The notes below the pieces were generated by a model. The model made no database searches. It had not been told where the DNA came from and saw nothing but the letters and a program-made list of their open reading frames with translations. The position numbers and the translations under genes were made by a program. A stretch of 64,000 bases of DNA from IMG/VR virus record IMGVR_UViG_3300031963_000013, one strand, 5' to 3'. The stretch comes from a virus. Position 1 is the first letter of the stretch. Each line of letters starts with the position of its first letter. Below, in pieces: positions 38,166 to 48,725 of the stretch.

Positions 38166-38468
38166 ATGGCAAGACTAAAATTTAAACAGATACTTTCAAA
38201 CCTTCACTACGATGAAGTTAACGATCAACTGATATTGAGCGGATCAAAAGTGCCAACTGCTTTACAGAATTGGGACAACGCTTCAGGTTCTTGGGAAGAC
38301 GCTCTTGGAACGTGGGACGGCAGCAGAGCGAACATACCGGACTTCGTAATATACGGATCTACGTTTGTCACATCGAGCACATACACAACCGGATCGATCA
38401 CAATAAACGGAGTAGACACGTTTGGTGATAGTGGAAGCTTCGATACTGTAGATTTAGGAGAATACTAA
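38166..38468 (+). CDS. Small virion/fibre-associated protein
   Basis: SGS/TGS-rich; ends DLGEY. Confidence 0.5.
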   Translation: MARLKFKQILSNLHYDEVNDQLILSGSKVPTALQNWDNASGSWEDALGTWDGSRANIPDFVIYGSTFVTSSTYTTGSITINGVDTFGDSGSFDTVDLGEY

Positions 38469-38498
38469 TATTTATTTACAAGATATAACACAAAAAAA

Positions 38499-41400
38499 AT
38501 GTCATCACTTACAGGACAAAACATAAAAGACACTTACCAATCACTACTAAAAGTAGGCGATAACGGTCAAGTAACAAGCGTAGCTAAAGGAGTTACCGAT
38601 GGATTAGGTAATTCAACCGGCCTATATCTCCAAAACGATGGAGTTCTATTGAGTGGATCCGTTAGCGTGTCTGGAAGTTTAAACGCGTCGGCGTCCTACG
38701 CACTCACAGCTTCATACGCATTGAACGGTGGCGGCGGAGGCGGCGGAACACCCGGTGGTTCGAATACACAGATACAGTTTAATAGTGCAAATACTTTTGC
38801 AGGAACTGGATCTTTTACTTTTAACTACACAAGTCAAAGCTTACAGCAAGGCTTAACTGTTACGGCTAAAGGACAGTATTCACACGCTGAAGGTCAGCAA
38901 ACGGTAGCAGTAGGAGATTATTCACACGCAGAAGGTAATACTACAACAGCAATAGGAGGTTGGTCACACGCAGAAGGATTTGTAACAATAGCAGTAGGAG
39001 GCTATTCTCACGCAGAAGGATCCTTCACAACAGCAATAGGAATCGGTTCACACGCTGAAGGTACTAATACAACAGCAATAGGAAATGGATCACACGCTGA
39101 AGGATTTGTAACAACAGCAGCAGGATTTGCATCACACGCAGAAGGTGAGCGGACAACAGCAGTAGGTGACTACTCACACGCTATCGGTGGATACGTCGTA
39201 GCAATAGGCAACGTTTCACACGCAGAAGGAAGCAATACAACATCAGTTGGAAACAGCTCTCATGCTGAAGGTAATACTACAATAGCAGTAGGTGACTATT
39301 CACACGCAGAAGGTAGACAGACAACAGCAATAGGAGTCGGTTCACACGCAGAAGGTGGAAGTACGACAGCAATAGGAGGTGGATCCCACACAGAAGGTCA
39401 GTTTACTATAGCAATAGGAGGCTACTCGCATGCCGAAGGTGGTCTTACAATAGCAGACGCTTTATCAGGCTACTTCGGTATACAAGGCTACTCACATGCC
39501 GAAGGTTACTTAACTGTAACATCCGGATCTATAGCTCACGCTGAAGGATATCAAACAACTGCGATAGGGAATATGTCCCACGCTGAAGGCGGCCTTACAA
39601 TAGCAATAGGAGACTATTCACACGCAGAAGGTCTAAGTACAACAGCAGTAGGAAATAGCTCACACGCAGAAGGTCAAAATACAACAGCAGTTGGTTTAGC
39701 ATCCCACGCTGAAGGTGACCAAACAACAGCAATAGGAGGTGGATCCCACACAGAAGGTCAGTTTACTATAGCAATAGGAGGCTACTCGCATGCTGAAGGT
39801 AGTAATACAACAGCAGTTGGTTTAGCATCACACGCCGAAGGAAGCAATACAACATCAGTTGGAAACAACTCTCATGCTGAAGGTGGTCTTACAATAGCAA
39901 TTGGACTTCAATCACATGCTGAAGGTCGGTTTACAACAGCAATAGGAGGCTATTCTCACGCAGAAGGTTCTAATACAACAGCAGTAGGAACCCACTCACA
40001 CGCTGAAGGTAGTAATACACAAGCAATTGGTGCAGATTCACATGCAGAAGGCGGCTTTACAATAGCAGAGGCACTCACAAGCTATGGTGGTATACAAGGC
40101 TACTCACATGCTGAAGGTTACCAGACAGTGACGTCAGGCTCGATGGCTCATGCTGAAGGATATCAAACAACTGCGATAGGGAATATGTCCCACGCAGAAG
40201 GTCAAAGCACGACTGCAGTAGGACAACAATCACACGCAGAAGGATTTATAACAACAGCAATAGGAGACAGCTCACACGCAGAAGGTCAAGGTACAAGAGC
40301 GGTAGGACAACAATCACATGCAGAAGGTTCTAGTACAACAGCGGTAGGAAACAATACACACACCGAAGGTGACCAAACAACAGCAATAGGAGGTGGATCC
40401 CACACAGAAGGTCAGTTTACTATAGCAATAGGAGGCTACTCGCATGCTGAAGGTGGTCTTACAGTAGCAAATGCTGTTTCTGGTTATAATACGTTATTTG
40501 ACGGATTTGGTACAATTCAAGGCTACTCACACGCTGAAGGATTCAAGACAGTAACATCAGGATCAGCAGCACACGCTGAAGGTTACCGTACAACGGCTTT
40601 AGGCAATTTATCCCACGCTGAAGGTTCACTTACGAAAGCAACAGGAGATGTTTCACACGCTGAAGGTAATAATACAACAGCTATAGGCACAGGTTCACAC
40701 GCAGAAGGTCAAAGCACAACAGCGGTAGGACGAGGATCGCACGCAGAAGGAATTGGTACAATAGCAGTAGGAGACTATTCTCATGCTGAAGGTACTCAAA
40801 CAACAGCAATAGGATATGTATCACACGCAGAAGGTAACAGGACGACAGCAGTAGGAGACTATTCTCATGCTGAAGGATTTGTAACGATGGCAATAGGAGG
40901 CTACTCACACACCGAAGGGTTTACTACAACAGCAATAGGAGATTGGTCACACGCAGAAGGTGTAGCAACAACAGCAGTAGGAGTTTACTCACATGCAGAA
41001 GGTGAATTTACAACAGCAATAGGAACTGGCTCACACGCAGAAGGATTTGTAACAATAGCAGTGCAACGCAATTCCCACGCTGAAGGTAGTGGTACAATAG
41101 CATTAGGAGGCTATTCTCATGCTGAAGGTTCTCAAACAACAGCAATAGGAACCCACTCACACGCTGAAGGTGAACGCACAATAGCATTAGGCCAATCATC
41201 ACACGCAGAAGGTGCAAGTACAGTAGCTTCTGGCTCTTACCAACTAGCTATAGGCGGATATAACACTCAGGGAGATGATAAATCGGCTTTCATAATTGGC
41301 GCTGGAAGTATACTGACCAGAGCAGACGCTCTTAAAGTACAAGTATTTAATAGCAGTGGATTACAAAACGTAGGCACGCTTGCAACAAGCTCAGTAGTGC

Positions 41401-41516
41401 TACCTCAAGTATCACAATCTCTTAACTTTGCAGACGATACTGCAGCCGCAGCTGCTGGTGTTCCGCTAGGAGGATTGTATCACACAACAGGTACCATAAA
41501 GATAAGATTGACATAA
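38499..41516 (+). CDS. YadA/Hep-Hag-like beta-roll fibre or adhesin
   Basis: 54 repeats of about 14 aa, xxTxAxGxxSHAEG; PGGSNTQIQFN and AAAAGVPLGGLY modules. Confidence 0.8.
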   Translation: MSSLTGQNIKDTYQSLLKVGDNGQVTSVAKGVTDGLGNSTGLYLQNDGVLLSGSVSVSGSLNASASYALTASYALNGGGGGGGTPGGSNTQIQFNSANTFAGTGSFTFNYTSQSLQQGLTVTAKGQYSHAEGQQTVAVGDYSHAEGNTTTAIGGWSHAEGFVTIAVGGYSHAEGSFTTAIGIGSHAEGTNTTAIGNGSHAEGFVTTAAGFASHAEGERTTAVGDYSHAIGGYVVAIGNVSHAEGSNTTSVGNSSHAEGNTTIAVGDYSHAEGRQTTAIGVGSHAEGGSTTAIGGGSHTEGQFTIAIGGYSHAEGGLTIADALSGYFGIQGYSHAEGYLTVTSGSIAHAEGYQTTAIGNMSHAEGGLTIAIGDYSHAEGLSTTAVGNSSHAEGQNTTAVGLASHAEGDQTTAIGGGSHTEGQFTIAIGGYSHAEGSNTTAVGLASHAEGSNTTSVGNNSHAEGGLTIAIGLQSHAEGRFTTAIGGYSHAEGSNTTAVGTHSHAEGSNTQAIGADSHAEGGFTIAEALTSYGGIQGYSHAEGYQTVTSGSMAHAEGYQTTAIGNMSHAEGQSTTAVGQQSHAEGFITTAIGDSSHAEGQGTRAVGQQSHAEGSSTTAVGNNTHTEGDQTTAIGGGSHTEGQFTIAIGGYSHAEGGLTVANAVSGYNTLFDGFGTIQGYSHAEGFKTVTSGSAAHAEGYRTTALGNLSHAEGSLTKATGDVSHAEGNNTTAIGTGSHAEGQSTTAVGRGSHAEGIGTIAVGDYSHAEGTQTTAIGYVSHAEGNRTTAVGDYSHAEGFVTMAIGGYSHTEGFTTTAIGDWSHAEGVATTAVGVYSHAEGEFTTAIGTGSHAEGFVTIAVQRNSHAEGSGTIALGGYSHAEGSQTTAIGTHSHAEGERTIALGQSSHAEGASTVASGSYQLAIGGYNTQGDDKSAFIIGAGSILTRADALKVQVFNSSGLQNVGTLATSSVVLPQVSQSLNFADDTAAAAAGVPLGGLYHTTGTIKIRLT
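38856..41250 (+). repeat. Degenerate 42-bp tandem coding repeat array
   Basis: ACAGCARTAGG..TCACAYGCNGAAGG period; identical 68-bp blocks at 39366, 39726 and 40380. Confidence 0.9.
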
Positions 41517-41543
41517 ACAAAAATAATTGTTATATTAATAGCT

Positions 41544-42665
41544 ATGAAAGTTTTAGTTATATTCCCTGACAGCATTTCTACGCCTACAGGAGGCCTTGGT
41601 GTGCAATTTAAGAACATACACTCTAGGTTAAAAAACAAGATAGATTTTTACGTGGCAGGTTACCCAGACGGCCCAAACGGGGTTGATAATTACGTAGGGG
41701 TTTACCACCCTATACCGTCAATAAAACACGGATCTGTTAACACTTTGTTGGGCCACACTATATACCTGGCAGAAGCTTTAAAGTTTCCAAAACCTGATGT
41801 AGTTCACGCGTACGATTGGTCCACTTACTTTGCTGGGGTTTACTTAGCACAAATACACAACGTACCGTTGCTTTTATCAATGCAACTTTCAGCAAACGCG
41901 ATGGTCTCTGCTGGAATTACAAACTGTTACGACTTCAATACAGTAGACGGTTACTGGTTGCACAAAGCTCACGTAGAGACTGAATGGTTTGGTCTGCAAA
42001 AAGCAGATAAAATTATAAACGTTTCTAAAGGGTACGCAAAGTATTTCCCTCAGTTCTCCAATAAAACTACGATCATACCAAACGGAATCGATCTAAAAGA
42101 TTGGCAACCCACAGACAAAGTCAAATTACCAGGAGATAGAAAACACAAGATCGTCTACATAGGTCGTTTTTCCTTAATGAAATCAACAGACGTTTTACTT
42201 GACGCAGAAATACCAGAAGACGTAGATCTAATATTTGTTGGATCTTACAATGGAGGAGATCATGCGTGTGTATCCAAACTAGAAAAAACCATCGGAAATA
42301 AACCGGGGTTTCACTATTACGGTCCCGTGTACGAACAAGACAAAGTAAATTTACTGCATTCAGCCGACGCAGTCATAATGCCCAGCAAACACGAACCCTT
42401 CGGTATCGTAGCGTTGGAGGCCTTAGCGTCTAAAAACGTATTAATAGCTTCCAGAGTAGACGGGTTGGGGGATTTTTTGAATGACGATAATAGCATCAAC
42501 TGCGGATTAACAGCAGAAGACATGTCAGCAGCTATGCACAAATTCACACAATTAAGCGATTTAGAGAGGGAAAACATGATTGAAAACGGTCTTAAGACGT
42601 GCGAACAGTACAAATGGGACGAAATAGCCGAAGAATATTACGAAGTTTATAAATCTATGCTATGA
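41544..42665 (+). CDS. GT4-family glycosyltransferase
   Basis: GGLG, HAYDW, IIPNGID, YIGRF..K, PSKHEPFGIVALEA. Confidence 0.9.
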   Translation: MKVLVIFPDSISTPTGGLGVQFKNIHSRLKNKIDFYVAGYPDGPNGVDNYVGVYHPIPSIKHGSVNTLLGHTIYLAEALKFPKPDVVHAYDWSTYFAGVYLAQIHNVPLLLSMQLSANAMVSAGITNCYDFNTVDGYWLHKAHVETEWFGLQKADKIINVSKGYAKYFPQFSNKTTIIPNGIDLKDWQPTDKVKLPGDRKHKIVYIGRFSLMKSTDVLLDAEIPEDVDLIFVGSYNGGDHACVSKLEKTIGNKPGFHYYGPVYEQDKVNLLHSADAVIMPSKHEPFGIVALEALASKNVLIASRVDGLGDFLNDDNSINCGLTAEDMSAAMHKFTQLSDLERENMIENGLKTCEQYKWDEIAEEYYEVYKSML

Positions 42666-43708
42666 AAGTAAAAGTAAGTTACGTTACCCAAAACCCGACT
42701 ACATTAGGTTCACCAACGATAGCTGTCGCAGATTCACCTTACGAAAAAATACTTGGAGATTTGACAGATCTGTCTGATAACACGTCTTACAAAATAGAGT
42801 TAAACAAACAGAACAACTTTACTTATTTTGGTCCAAAACAGTGGTTTGGTCATTGGGATGTAAAATTACACAATCCGTTTGGAAAACAGATACACTCAGA
42901 GACCTACGATGCGACTGGTAAAACTGTCTTCATCAAGATAGACGCATCAGCGCTGGGAGACAATCTGGCTTGGATAGACTACGTGGATCAGTTTAGAGTC
43001 AAACACAATTGCAACGTTGTATGTTCGACTTTTTTTAACGAACTGTTTATAGACTCGTACCCAAAGATAATGTTTGTAAAACCAAACACTAGAATAGATA
43101 ATGTCTACGCGCAGTATTACGTAGGAACAAACAACCATTTAAATCGTGTGTACCAACCATCTTTGTATTTAGATAACCCTTTACAAAAGATAGCATCCGA
43201 TATATTGGGATTGAAATACCGAGAGTCCGTAGCTAAGATAAAGTTACCCACTCATTTACAGAAGAAAAAACAAGTTACCATAAGCGAATACGCCTCTTTA
43301 AGAGTCAAAGAGTGGAATGTAGTGGGTGGCTGGCAGTCTATAGTAGATCTGTTTAACAGTTTAGGTTTTGAAGTGATAGTAATAAGCAAAGAATACTCTT
43401 ACTTACAAAACGTAACTAACAAATCAGGAGATCTTCCATTAGAGGATAGGATTAAGGACATATACCAATCCAAGTATCACGTAGGACTGTCAAGCGGTCT
43501 ATCGTGGTTAGCCACAAGCTGTTGTACGCACACATTTTTGATATCAGACTTTACTCCACCGTATCACGAAATAAAATCAAACGTAACTAGAATATACAAC
43601 GAAACACACCCAAGAGACTCAATAACCTACTCAGAAGTGAAAAATCCAGTAACCATTGAGCACGTCCTAGACAAAATAAGACTAAAATTAAACAAAGACG
43701 GTTATTAA
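42662..43708 (+). CDS. AAH/TibC-like (autotransporter O-heptosyltransferase; GT9-like fold) glycosyltransferase
   Basis: GKTVFIKIDASALGDNLAWIDYVDQFRVKHNC, PLQKIASDILGL, KEWN..GW, GLSSGLSWLA..LISDFT. Confidence 0.75.
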   Translation: MKVKVSYVTQNPTTLGSPTIAVADSPYEKILGDLTDLSDNTSYKIELNKQNNFTYFGPKQWFGHWDVKLHNPFGKQIHSETYDATGKTVFIKIDASALGDNLAWIDYVDQFRVKHNCNVVCSTFFNELFIDSYPKIMFVKPNTRIDNVYAQYYVGTNNHLNRVYQPSLYLDNPLQKIASDILGLKYRESVAKIKLPTHLQKKKQVTISEYASLRVKEWNVVGGWQSIVDLFNSLGFEVIVISKEYSYLQNVTNKSGDLPLEDRIKDIYQSKYHVGLSSGLSWLATSCCTHTFLISDFTPPYHEIKSNVTRIYNETHPRDSITYSEVKNPVTIEHVLDKIRLKLNKDGY

Positions 43709-43749
43709 TGGTATTTATTAGAGAATTATTGACACTTAAAACAAAAAAT

Positions 43750-43956
43750 ATGTGGGAAAAAATCAATAAACTATCTGTAAAAGTAGTTGTAGCTGTCATC
43801 ATTGTACTAGCAAGTTTTGGTTTACTGTACTTTTTATTATTCAAACAAGTACCTGAACACAACAAACAACTTTTAGATGTAATGGTCGGTGCCACTGTTG
43901 GCAGCTCGATGACAGCTGTATTGGGATGGTTATTTACGCAATCTAAGACGGGATAG
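43750..43956 (+). CDS. Small two-TM protein (holin-like)
   Basis: Two hydrophobic helices; start at ATG 43750 after TATTTAT at 43712. Confidence 0.5.
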   Translation: MWEKINKLSVKVVVAVIIVLASFGLLYFLLFKQVPEHNKQLLDVMVGATVGSSMTAVLGWLFTQSKTG

Positions 43957-43981
43957 TACGCAATATTACATATTTATTATA

Positions 43982-44040
43982 AGCTATATAGCTGCGCCAA
44001 TAAATTTAGTATATACTAATCCCCTATTGACACATGTCAA
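43982..44040 (+). promoter_or_regulatory. Three tandem hairpins with AYAT loops, the last covering the start codon
   Basis: AGCT-ATAT-AGCT, TTAGT-ATAT-ACTAA, TTGAC-ACAT-GTCAA. Confidence 0.6.
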
Positions 44041-47000
44041 ACCAATATCTTAAGCTTCGCAGAAGCACCATTCCTGGTAAAACGCCAACAACAGAATCTT
44101 TAGATTTCGGAGAAATAGCGTTAAACACGTACGATGGTTTGGCGTTCATAAAAAAGAGCGGATCAAACGGGGAAGAGATAGTTACTATAGGTGCTACATC
44201 CGCAAACCAATTCTACTACACAGGTAGCGCTCCTTCTGGTTCTTTCATATCGACAGGATCGCTTTGGATGGATTCCGACGACGGCAACCTCTACATTTAC
44301 ATAGACGATGGCACCAACAAACTTTGGTTGCAACCTACCGTCGAAGGCGCTCAAGGTCCACAGGGTCCACAAGGTCCATCTGGTTCACAGGGCCAACAGG
44401 GTCCATCAGGATCAAGCGACATATCGGGTTCGGAGTATTACGCGGCTGTGTACATTTCCCCAGACCAACTGAGGACTGGCTCAATATACGATAGCGGATC
44501 TTTCACTGCCATAGGTGCAACAGCTCCCGTAGATCCAACAAATCCCGATAGGCTTTTTATAGACGCTGGAGACACAGAATCGTATAACCTACTTTCAGGT
44601 CACGGTACAGTAAACAATTACCTGCAACTAAACATTCAAAATTTTAGTCCAGGAGAAACAGGCTCATCTGATATAGTAGCAACGGCAGACAACGGAGATG
44701 AAACTGGCTACTTTATCGACATGGGCATCAACGGCAGCGGGTATGCCAGCCCTAGCGGTATAGGCAACGCTAACGATGCTTATTTGTATTCCACAGGACA
44801 AGACCTATTGATTGGTAACGCAACTCCTAACCACAGAGTTATCATCTTTAATGGAGAGGGCCCAGCATTAGATAACGCTAGACTCTACATTACAGCTCAA
44901 GGTACGGTAGGTGTTAATGCTAGCGATACAAACCTAAGCAATCCTGAAGCCCTACTCGTAGAACCTTTGATATCGGGGAGCGCAGGCAACGATTTTAGTA
45001 ACCTCATCATAGGCAGAGGCACGGTAAATGAAAACTACATGCAGCTAAATATCCAGAACTTAGGTTCTGGTTCAGCTGCCTCATCCGATATAGTAGCCAC
45101 TAACGATATAGGTGATGAAACAAGCTATTACATCGATATGGGTGTTAATAGTAGTGGATATAATACTCCCAATGCTGTTGGTACAGCAAGCGACGCCTAT
45201 CTTTACTCAACAGCAGAACACTTACATATAGGAAACGCATCAGCAGGAATGCCTGTAATGTTTTTTGCTGGTGGATTAGATGCAGAAGCAAATAAAAAAT
45301 TAGAACTATGGCCAGACAACCAACACACAATGTCTGGTTCTTTAAACATAACAGGTTCACTAAGAGTACTAGAAGGAATTACAGGTTCATTATTTGGTAC
45401 TGCAAGTTGGGCTCAAAACGCTCTAACAGCTTCGTTTGCTCTTAATGTTTCGGGCACAATAAACAACGCTATAAACGCCGAAACAGCATCTTACGTAAAC
45501 CCGCTAAGACAAGAAGTTATCGTAACCGGTTCTCTTAAATTATCCGGATCTGTAGAATTGGTATCTAATATCAGTTGGCCAACGGTAGGATTTAATCCAA
45601 CGATATCCACCGTTGCTTCTAATACTTTAAATATACAAGGTGGAGCAGTAAATATTTCATCTATAAACACAGGTATTAGATTAGCCTACAGTACAGCAAA
45701 CACCTACTATTTCGGCGGTATCCACACATCAGAAACAGCTCCAACCCAACCAAACACAAATCCGGCTACTAACGGCGGTGCTTATTTTCAAATAACATCT
45801 ACAAGGTACGGAACGTTAATAACAAGAACCGACAGAGTAAGCTCAATAACAGGCTCAGCTCAAGGCTTATTAACCTACGCAACAGCAAGCAACGTTGAAG
45901 GTTTTTGGTACTACAATTCTGGGTCTTACCAGGGTTGGACAAGAATGCTTAACGATTCTGGTTCACAAACTATAAGCGGTTCTCTAACAGTGACCCAAGG
46001 CGTAACAGGTTCTTTATTTGGAACTGCTAGTTGGGCTCAAAATGCTCTAACAGCTTCGTTTGCTCTTAATGTGTCTGGTACAATAGACAACGCAATAAGT
46101 TCATCCTACGCTGAAACAGCATCCTTTGCGCCCGCTTACCTCCCTCTTACTGGTGGTACAATAAACGGTGACGTTATACTAAACGGAACAGCCTCTATAG
46201 CTTTCTTAAACGTAACCTATGAGTCCGCTTCTGTGATATACTCAAGCGGATCCAACCAGTTTGGAGATGCTACTAACGACGTTCAAACACTAATAGGGAC
46301 TGTAACTGTATCAGGAAGCCAACAAGTTACCGGTTCATTAAATGCTCCCAACATAACAGGATCTTTGTTCGGTACTGCTAGTTGGGCAAATAACGCGACT
46401 ACAGCATCTTATTTCTCAGGATCTGTATCAAATGCTTTAACTTCGTCTTATTCTTTAGTTAATCTTCAACAGGTAACGGATAATGGGAATACTACAACAA
46501 ATGACGTTTTTTTTAATAAAACAGAAGGTAGCGTTTCAATAACAAATGATGGTGGCGATCCTATTTTATCTGTTACTGCAAACAATGGCAACTACGCAAC
46601 TATAACACCAAGCTATATTGAGCTTTATACAAATATATCAAGCTCAAATAATAATCTTAAAATAACTATACCATATTCGTACAGTAACAGGTCAAGAACA
46701 TTAAAGTTTCCTTTACCTTCGAGTTTAGATGAAAAGTTCATCCCCTTATCAGTACGTTTAAATAATGTAGAATATATATCTGATGATACAGGAAGTATAG
46801 ATTTAGGAACAATAACTAATGTTCCAACAGCTTCATACGTTCTAAATGCTGTATCAAGTTCATTTGCTATAAGTGCTTCTCAAGCACAAAATGCAATAAC
46901 GGCATCCTACGTACTAGCCTCCGGAGTAGCAGGTTTAAACCTCACGCAAATAGCAACTGCTAGTTTTACTGCTAGTGTATCACCAACGCAATTCACAGTA

Positions 47001-47843
47001 ACTAGTGGAAGTATAACCGAGTTTATAGTTACAGGAACGGGTGTTGCTATTGGAAGTGTAAGCACTGATACCCACACTGTAACAGGCTCTCTTAACGTAT
47101 CGGGTTCGGGTGCGTTTACAAGCGATCTTACTGTATCTACTGCTTTAAAAACGTTTCCTACAAGCAACAACGTATTCGTAGGATCAACACCAATAGACAG
47201 CGGCTTTAAATTAGATGTAAACGGCACCACTAGACTACAAAACACGTTAACAATATCTACAGGTGGAGCCAACATTACAGGAAACGTCAATGTTAACGGA
47301 TCTGTAACAGCGTCTGCTGCTTTAATCTCAGGATCAGGAACACAAAGACTAACAGTTTTGGGGTCAGGCTCATTAGAACCACTATTCACTGTACGAGGTT
47401 CTCAAGGCGAATTATTCACTGTATCTGATAGCCTATCAGGTTCTCTGTTCAGTGTAAACGACATCTCAGGTTTTCCAGTGATCGAAGTGTTCTCGGACAG
47501 CACAACGCTGATGGGTAGCTATACAGCACCGTCGCTAAACACGACAGTCAAAACAACGACCACAAACAGCGGTAGCTTTACAATATACTCTTTACCTATC
47601 GGTTCTTATGACGGTGCGTTCGTGGAATACACAGCGAAATCGGGTTCAAATGCAAGAGCGGGTCAGTTCATGGCTATATGGAGCGGATCTCTTGTTAATT
47701 ACACAGACAACTCAACAACCGACTTCGGTAACACAGCAGCGTTCTCCCTCTCAGGATCAGTATCAGCAAGTTTATTGGTAATCACAGGTAATGTAACAAC
47801 AGGAAGCGGGTGGGTTATCAAATCTATAATACGAGGTATATAA
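44034..47843 (+). CDS. Tail fibre/virion fibre protein (1269 aa)
   Basis: LKLRRS..P..L.FGEIALN..DG fibre-anchor N-terminus, short collagen stretch, duplicated domain, TGSLFGTASWA repeats. Confidence 0.75.
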   Translation: MSNQYLKLRRSTIPGKTPTTESLDFGEIALNTYDGLAFIKKSGSNGEEIVTIGATSANQFYYTGSAPSGSFISTGSLWMDSDDGNLYIYIDDGTNKLWLQPTVEGAQGPQGPQGPSGSQGQQGPSGSSDISGSEYYAAVYISPDQLRTGSIYDSGSFTAIGATAPVDPTNPDRLFIDAGDTESYNLLSGHGTVNNYLQLNIQNFSPGETGSSDIVATADNGDETGYFIDMGINGSGYASPSGIGNANDAYLYSTGQDLLIGNATPNHRVIIFNGEGPALDNARLYITAQGTVGVNASDTNLSNPEALLVEPLISGSAGNDFSNLIIGRGTVNENYMQLNIQNLGSGSAASSDIVATNDIGDETSYYIDMGVNSSGYNTPNAVGTASDAYLYSTAEHLHIGNASAGMPVMFFAGGLDAEANKKLELWPDNQHTMSGSLNITGSLRVLEGITGSLFGTASWAQNALTASFALNVSGTINNAINAETASYVNPLRQEVIVTGSLKLSGSVELVSNISWPTVGFNPTISTVASNTLNIQGGAVNISSINTGIRLAYSTANTYYFGGIHTSETAPTQPNTNPATNGGAYFQITSTRYGTLITRTDRVSSITGSAQGLLTYATASNVEGFWYYNSGSYQGWTRMLNDSGSQTISGSLTVTQGVTGSLFGTASWAQNALTASFALNVSGTIDNAISSSYAETASFAPAYLPLTGGTINGDVILNGTASIAFLNVTYESASVIYSSGSNQFGDATNDVQTLIGTVTVSGSQQVTGSLNAPNITGSLFGTASWANNATTASYFSGSVSNALTSSYSLVNLQQVTDNGNTTTNDVFFNKTEGSVSITNDGGDPILSVTANNGNYATITPSYIELYTNISSSNNNLKITIPYSYSNRSRTLKFPLPSSLDEKFIPLSVRLNNVEYISDDTGSIDLGTITNVPTASYVLNAVSSSFAISASQAQNAITASYVLASGVAGLNLTQIATASFTASVSPTQFTVTSGSITEFIVTGTGVAIGSVSTDTHTVTGSLNVSGSGAFTSDLTVSTALKTFPTSNNVFVGSTPIDSGFKLDVNGTTRLQNTLTISTGGANITGNVNVNGSVTASAALISGSGTQRLTVLGSGSLEPLFTVRGSQGELFTVSDSLSGSLFSVNDISGFPVIEVFSDSTTLMGSYTAPSLNTTVKTTTTNSGSFTIYSLPIGSYDGAFVEYTAKSGSNARAGQFMAIWSGSLVNYTDNSTTDFGNTAAFSLSGSVSASLLVITGNVTTGSGWVIKSIIRGI

Positions 47844-47853
47844 AACATTAAAT

Positions 47854-48723
47854 ATGTTTAAAGTAAGAGGTAAAACTAGAATTGGACCGTTAAACATACT
47901 TAGAGATGCTGTCGTTGCATACTCTTTAAGACGCATTAATCCTAACTATAGTGGATTTGCAATAAGAGTTAGAAGAACAGGCGATAACGCAGAACAAGAC
48001 ATTGGGTTTAACAGCGATGGAACATTAGATCAAACAGCTATAGTAAATTTTGTAGGAGGCAATATCGGTCACATAAGCATATGGTATGATCAATCTGGAA
48101 ATAATACACACCAATTTAGAGGCATAAACGATGGTGGAGCGGGCTTTGATCGTGGGCCAATAATACTAAGCGGCGTAATACAAACAAACCCAACAAATGG
48201 ACTACCAGCTGCTTATTTCGACGGTTCAAGGAGCATGATTTCTAATCCAATCACAAATATTACTTCACTTCAAGGAGAGTGGAGTACAATTGCCGTATCA
48301 AATTCTTTTTCTTCTGCTACAAGAGTGTTAATATCATCAGATACAGTAGGTGTTAGACTTGGACAATTTCTTAGAATAGCAAATTCAAATATATATTCTA
48401 CTGTTGGATTCAACACTGCTGGAACCGCGGTAAGGGATGATAATTCTGTATTAAGAACTAATAATGATTTTAATATATTATTTTCATACAGAGATACTTC
48501 TTTTGTAGAAATATTTGTAAATAATTTTAGTAATGGTAAAACGTTTGTTTCTGGAACTCCTGCTTCAGGTTTTAATACTCCAATAGAGCTTGGATATAGA
48601 AATTCAATATTTAGTACTGTTTGGCAAGGTTATTTACAAGAGGTTATACACTACAACGTTACTAACATTAATCGATACGTTGACATAACTAATTCAATCA
48701 ACAGTTATTACAGAATATTTTAA
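47854..48723 (+). CDS. ConA/LamG-like (arabinofuranosidase-B-type fold) putative receptor-binding protein
   Basis: AYSLRRI..AIRVRRTGDNAEQDIGF..WYDQSGN..GYLQEVIHY. Confidence 0.65.
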   Translation: MFKVRGKTRIGPLNILRDAVVAYSLRRINPNYSGFAIRVRRTGDNAEQDIGFNSDGTLDQTAIVNFVGGNIGHISIWYDQSGNNTHQFRGINDGGAGFDRGPIILSGVIQTNPTNGLPAAYFDGSRSMISNPITNITSLQGEWSTIAVSNSFSSATRVLISSDTVGVRLGQFLRIANSNIYSTVGFNTAGTAVRDDNSVLRTNNDFNILFSYRDTSFVEIFVNNFSNGKTFVSGTPASGFNTPIELGYRNSIFSTVWQGYLQEVIHYNVTNINRYVDITNSINSYYRIF

Positions 48724-48725
48724 TT

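Noticed and set aside
38856-41250. CRISPR-like array (42-bp period)
   Set aside because: Repeats are degenerate, in-frame coding repeats varying at synonymous sites; no fixed repeat-spacer structure and no cas genes
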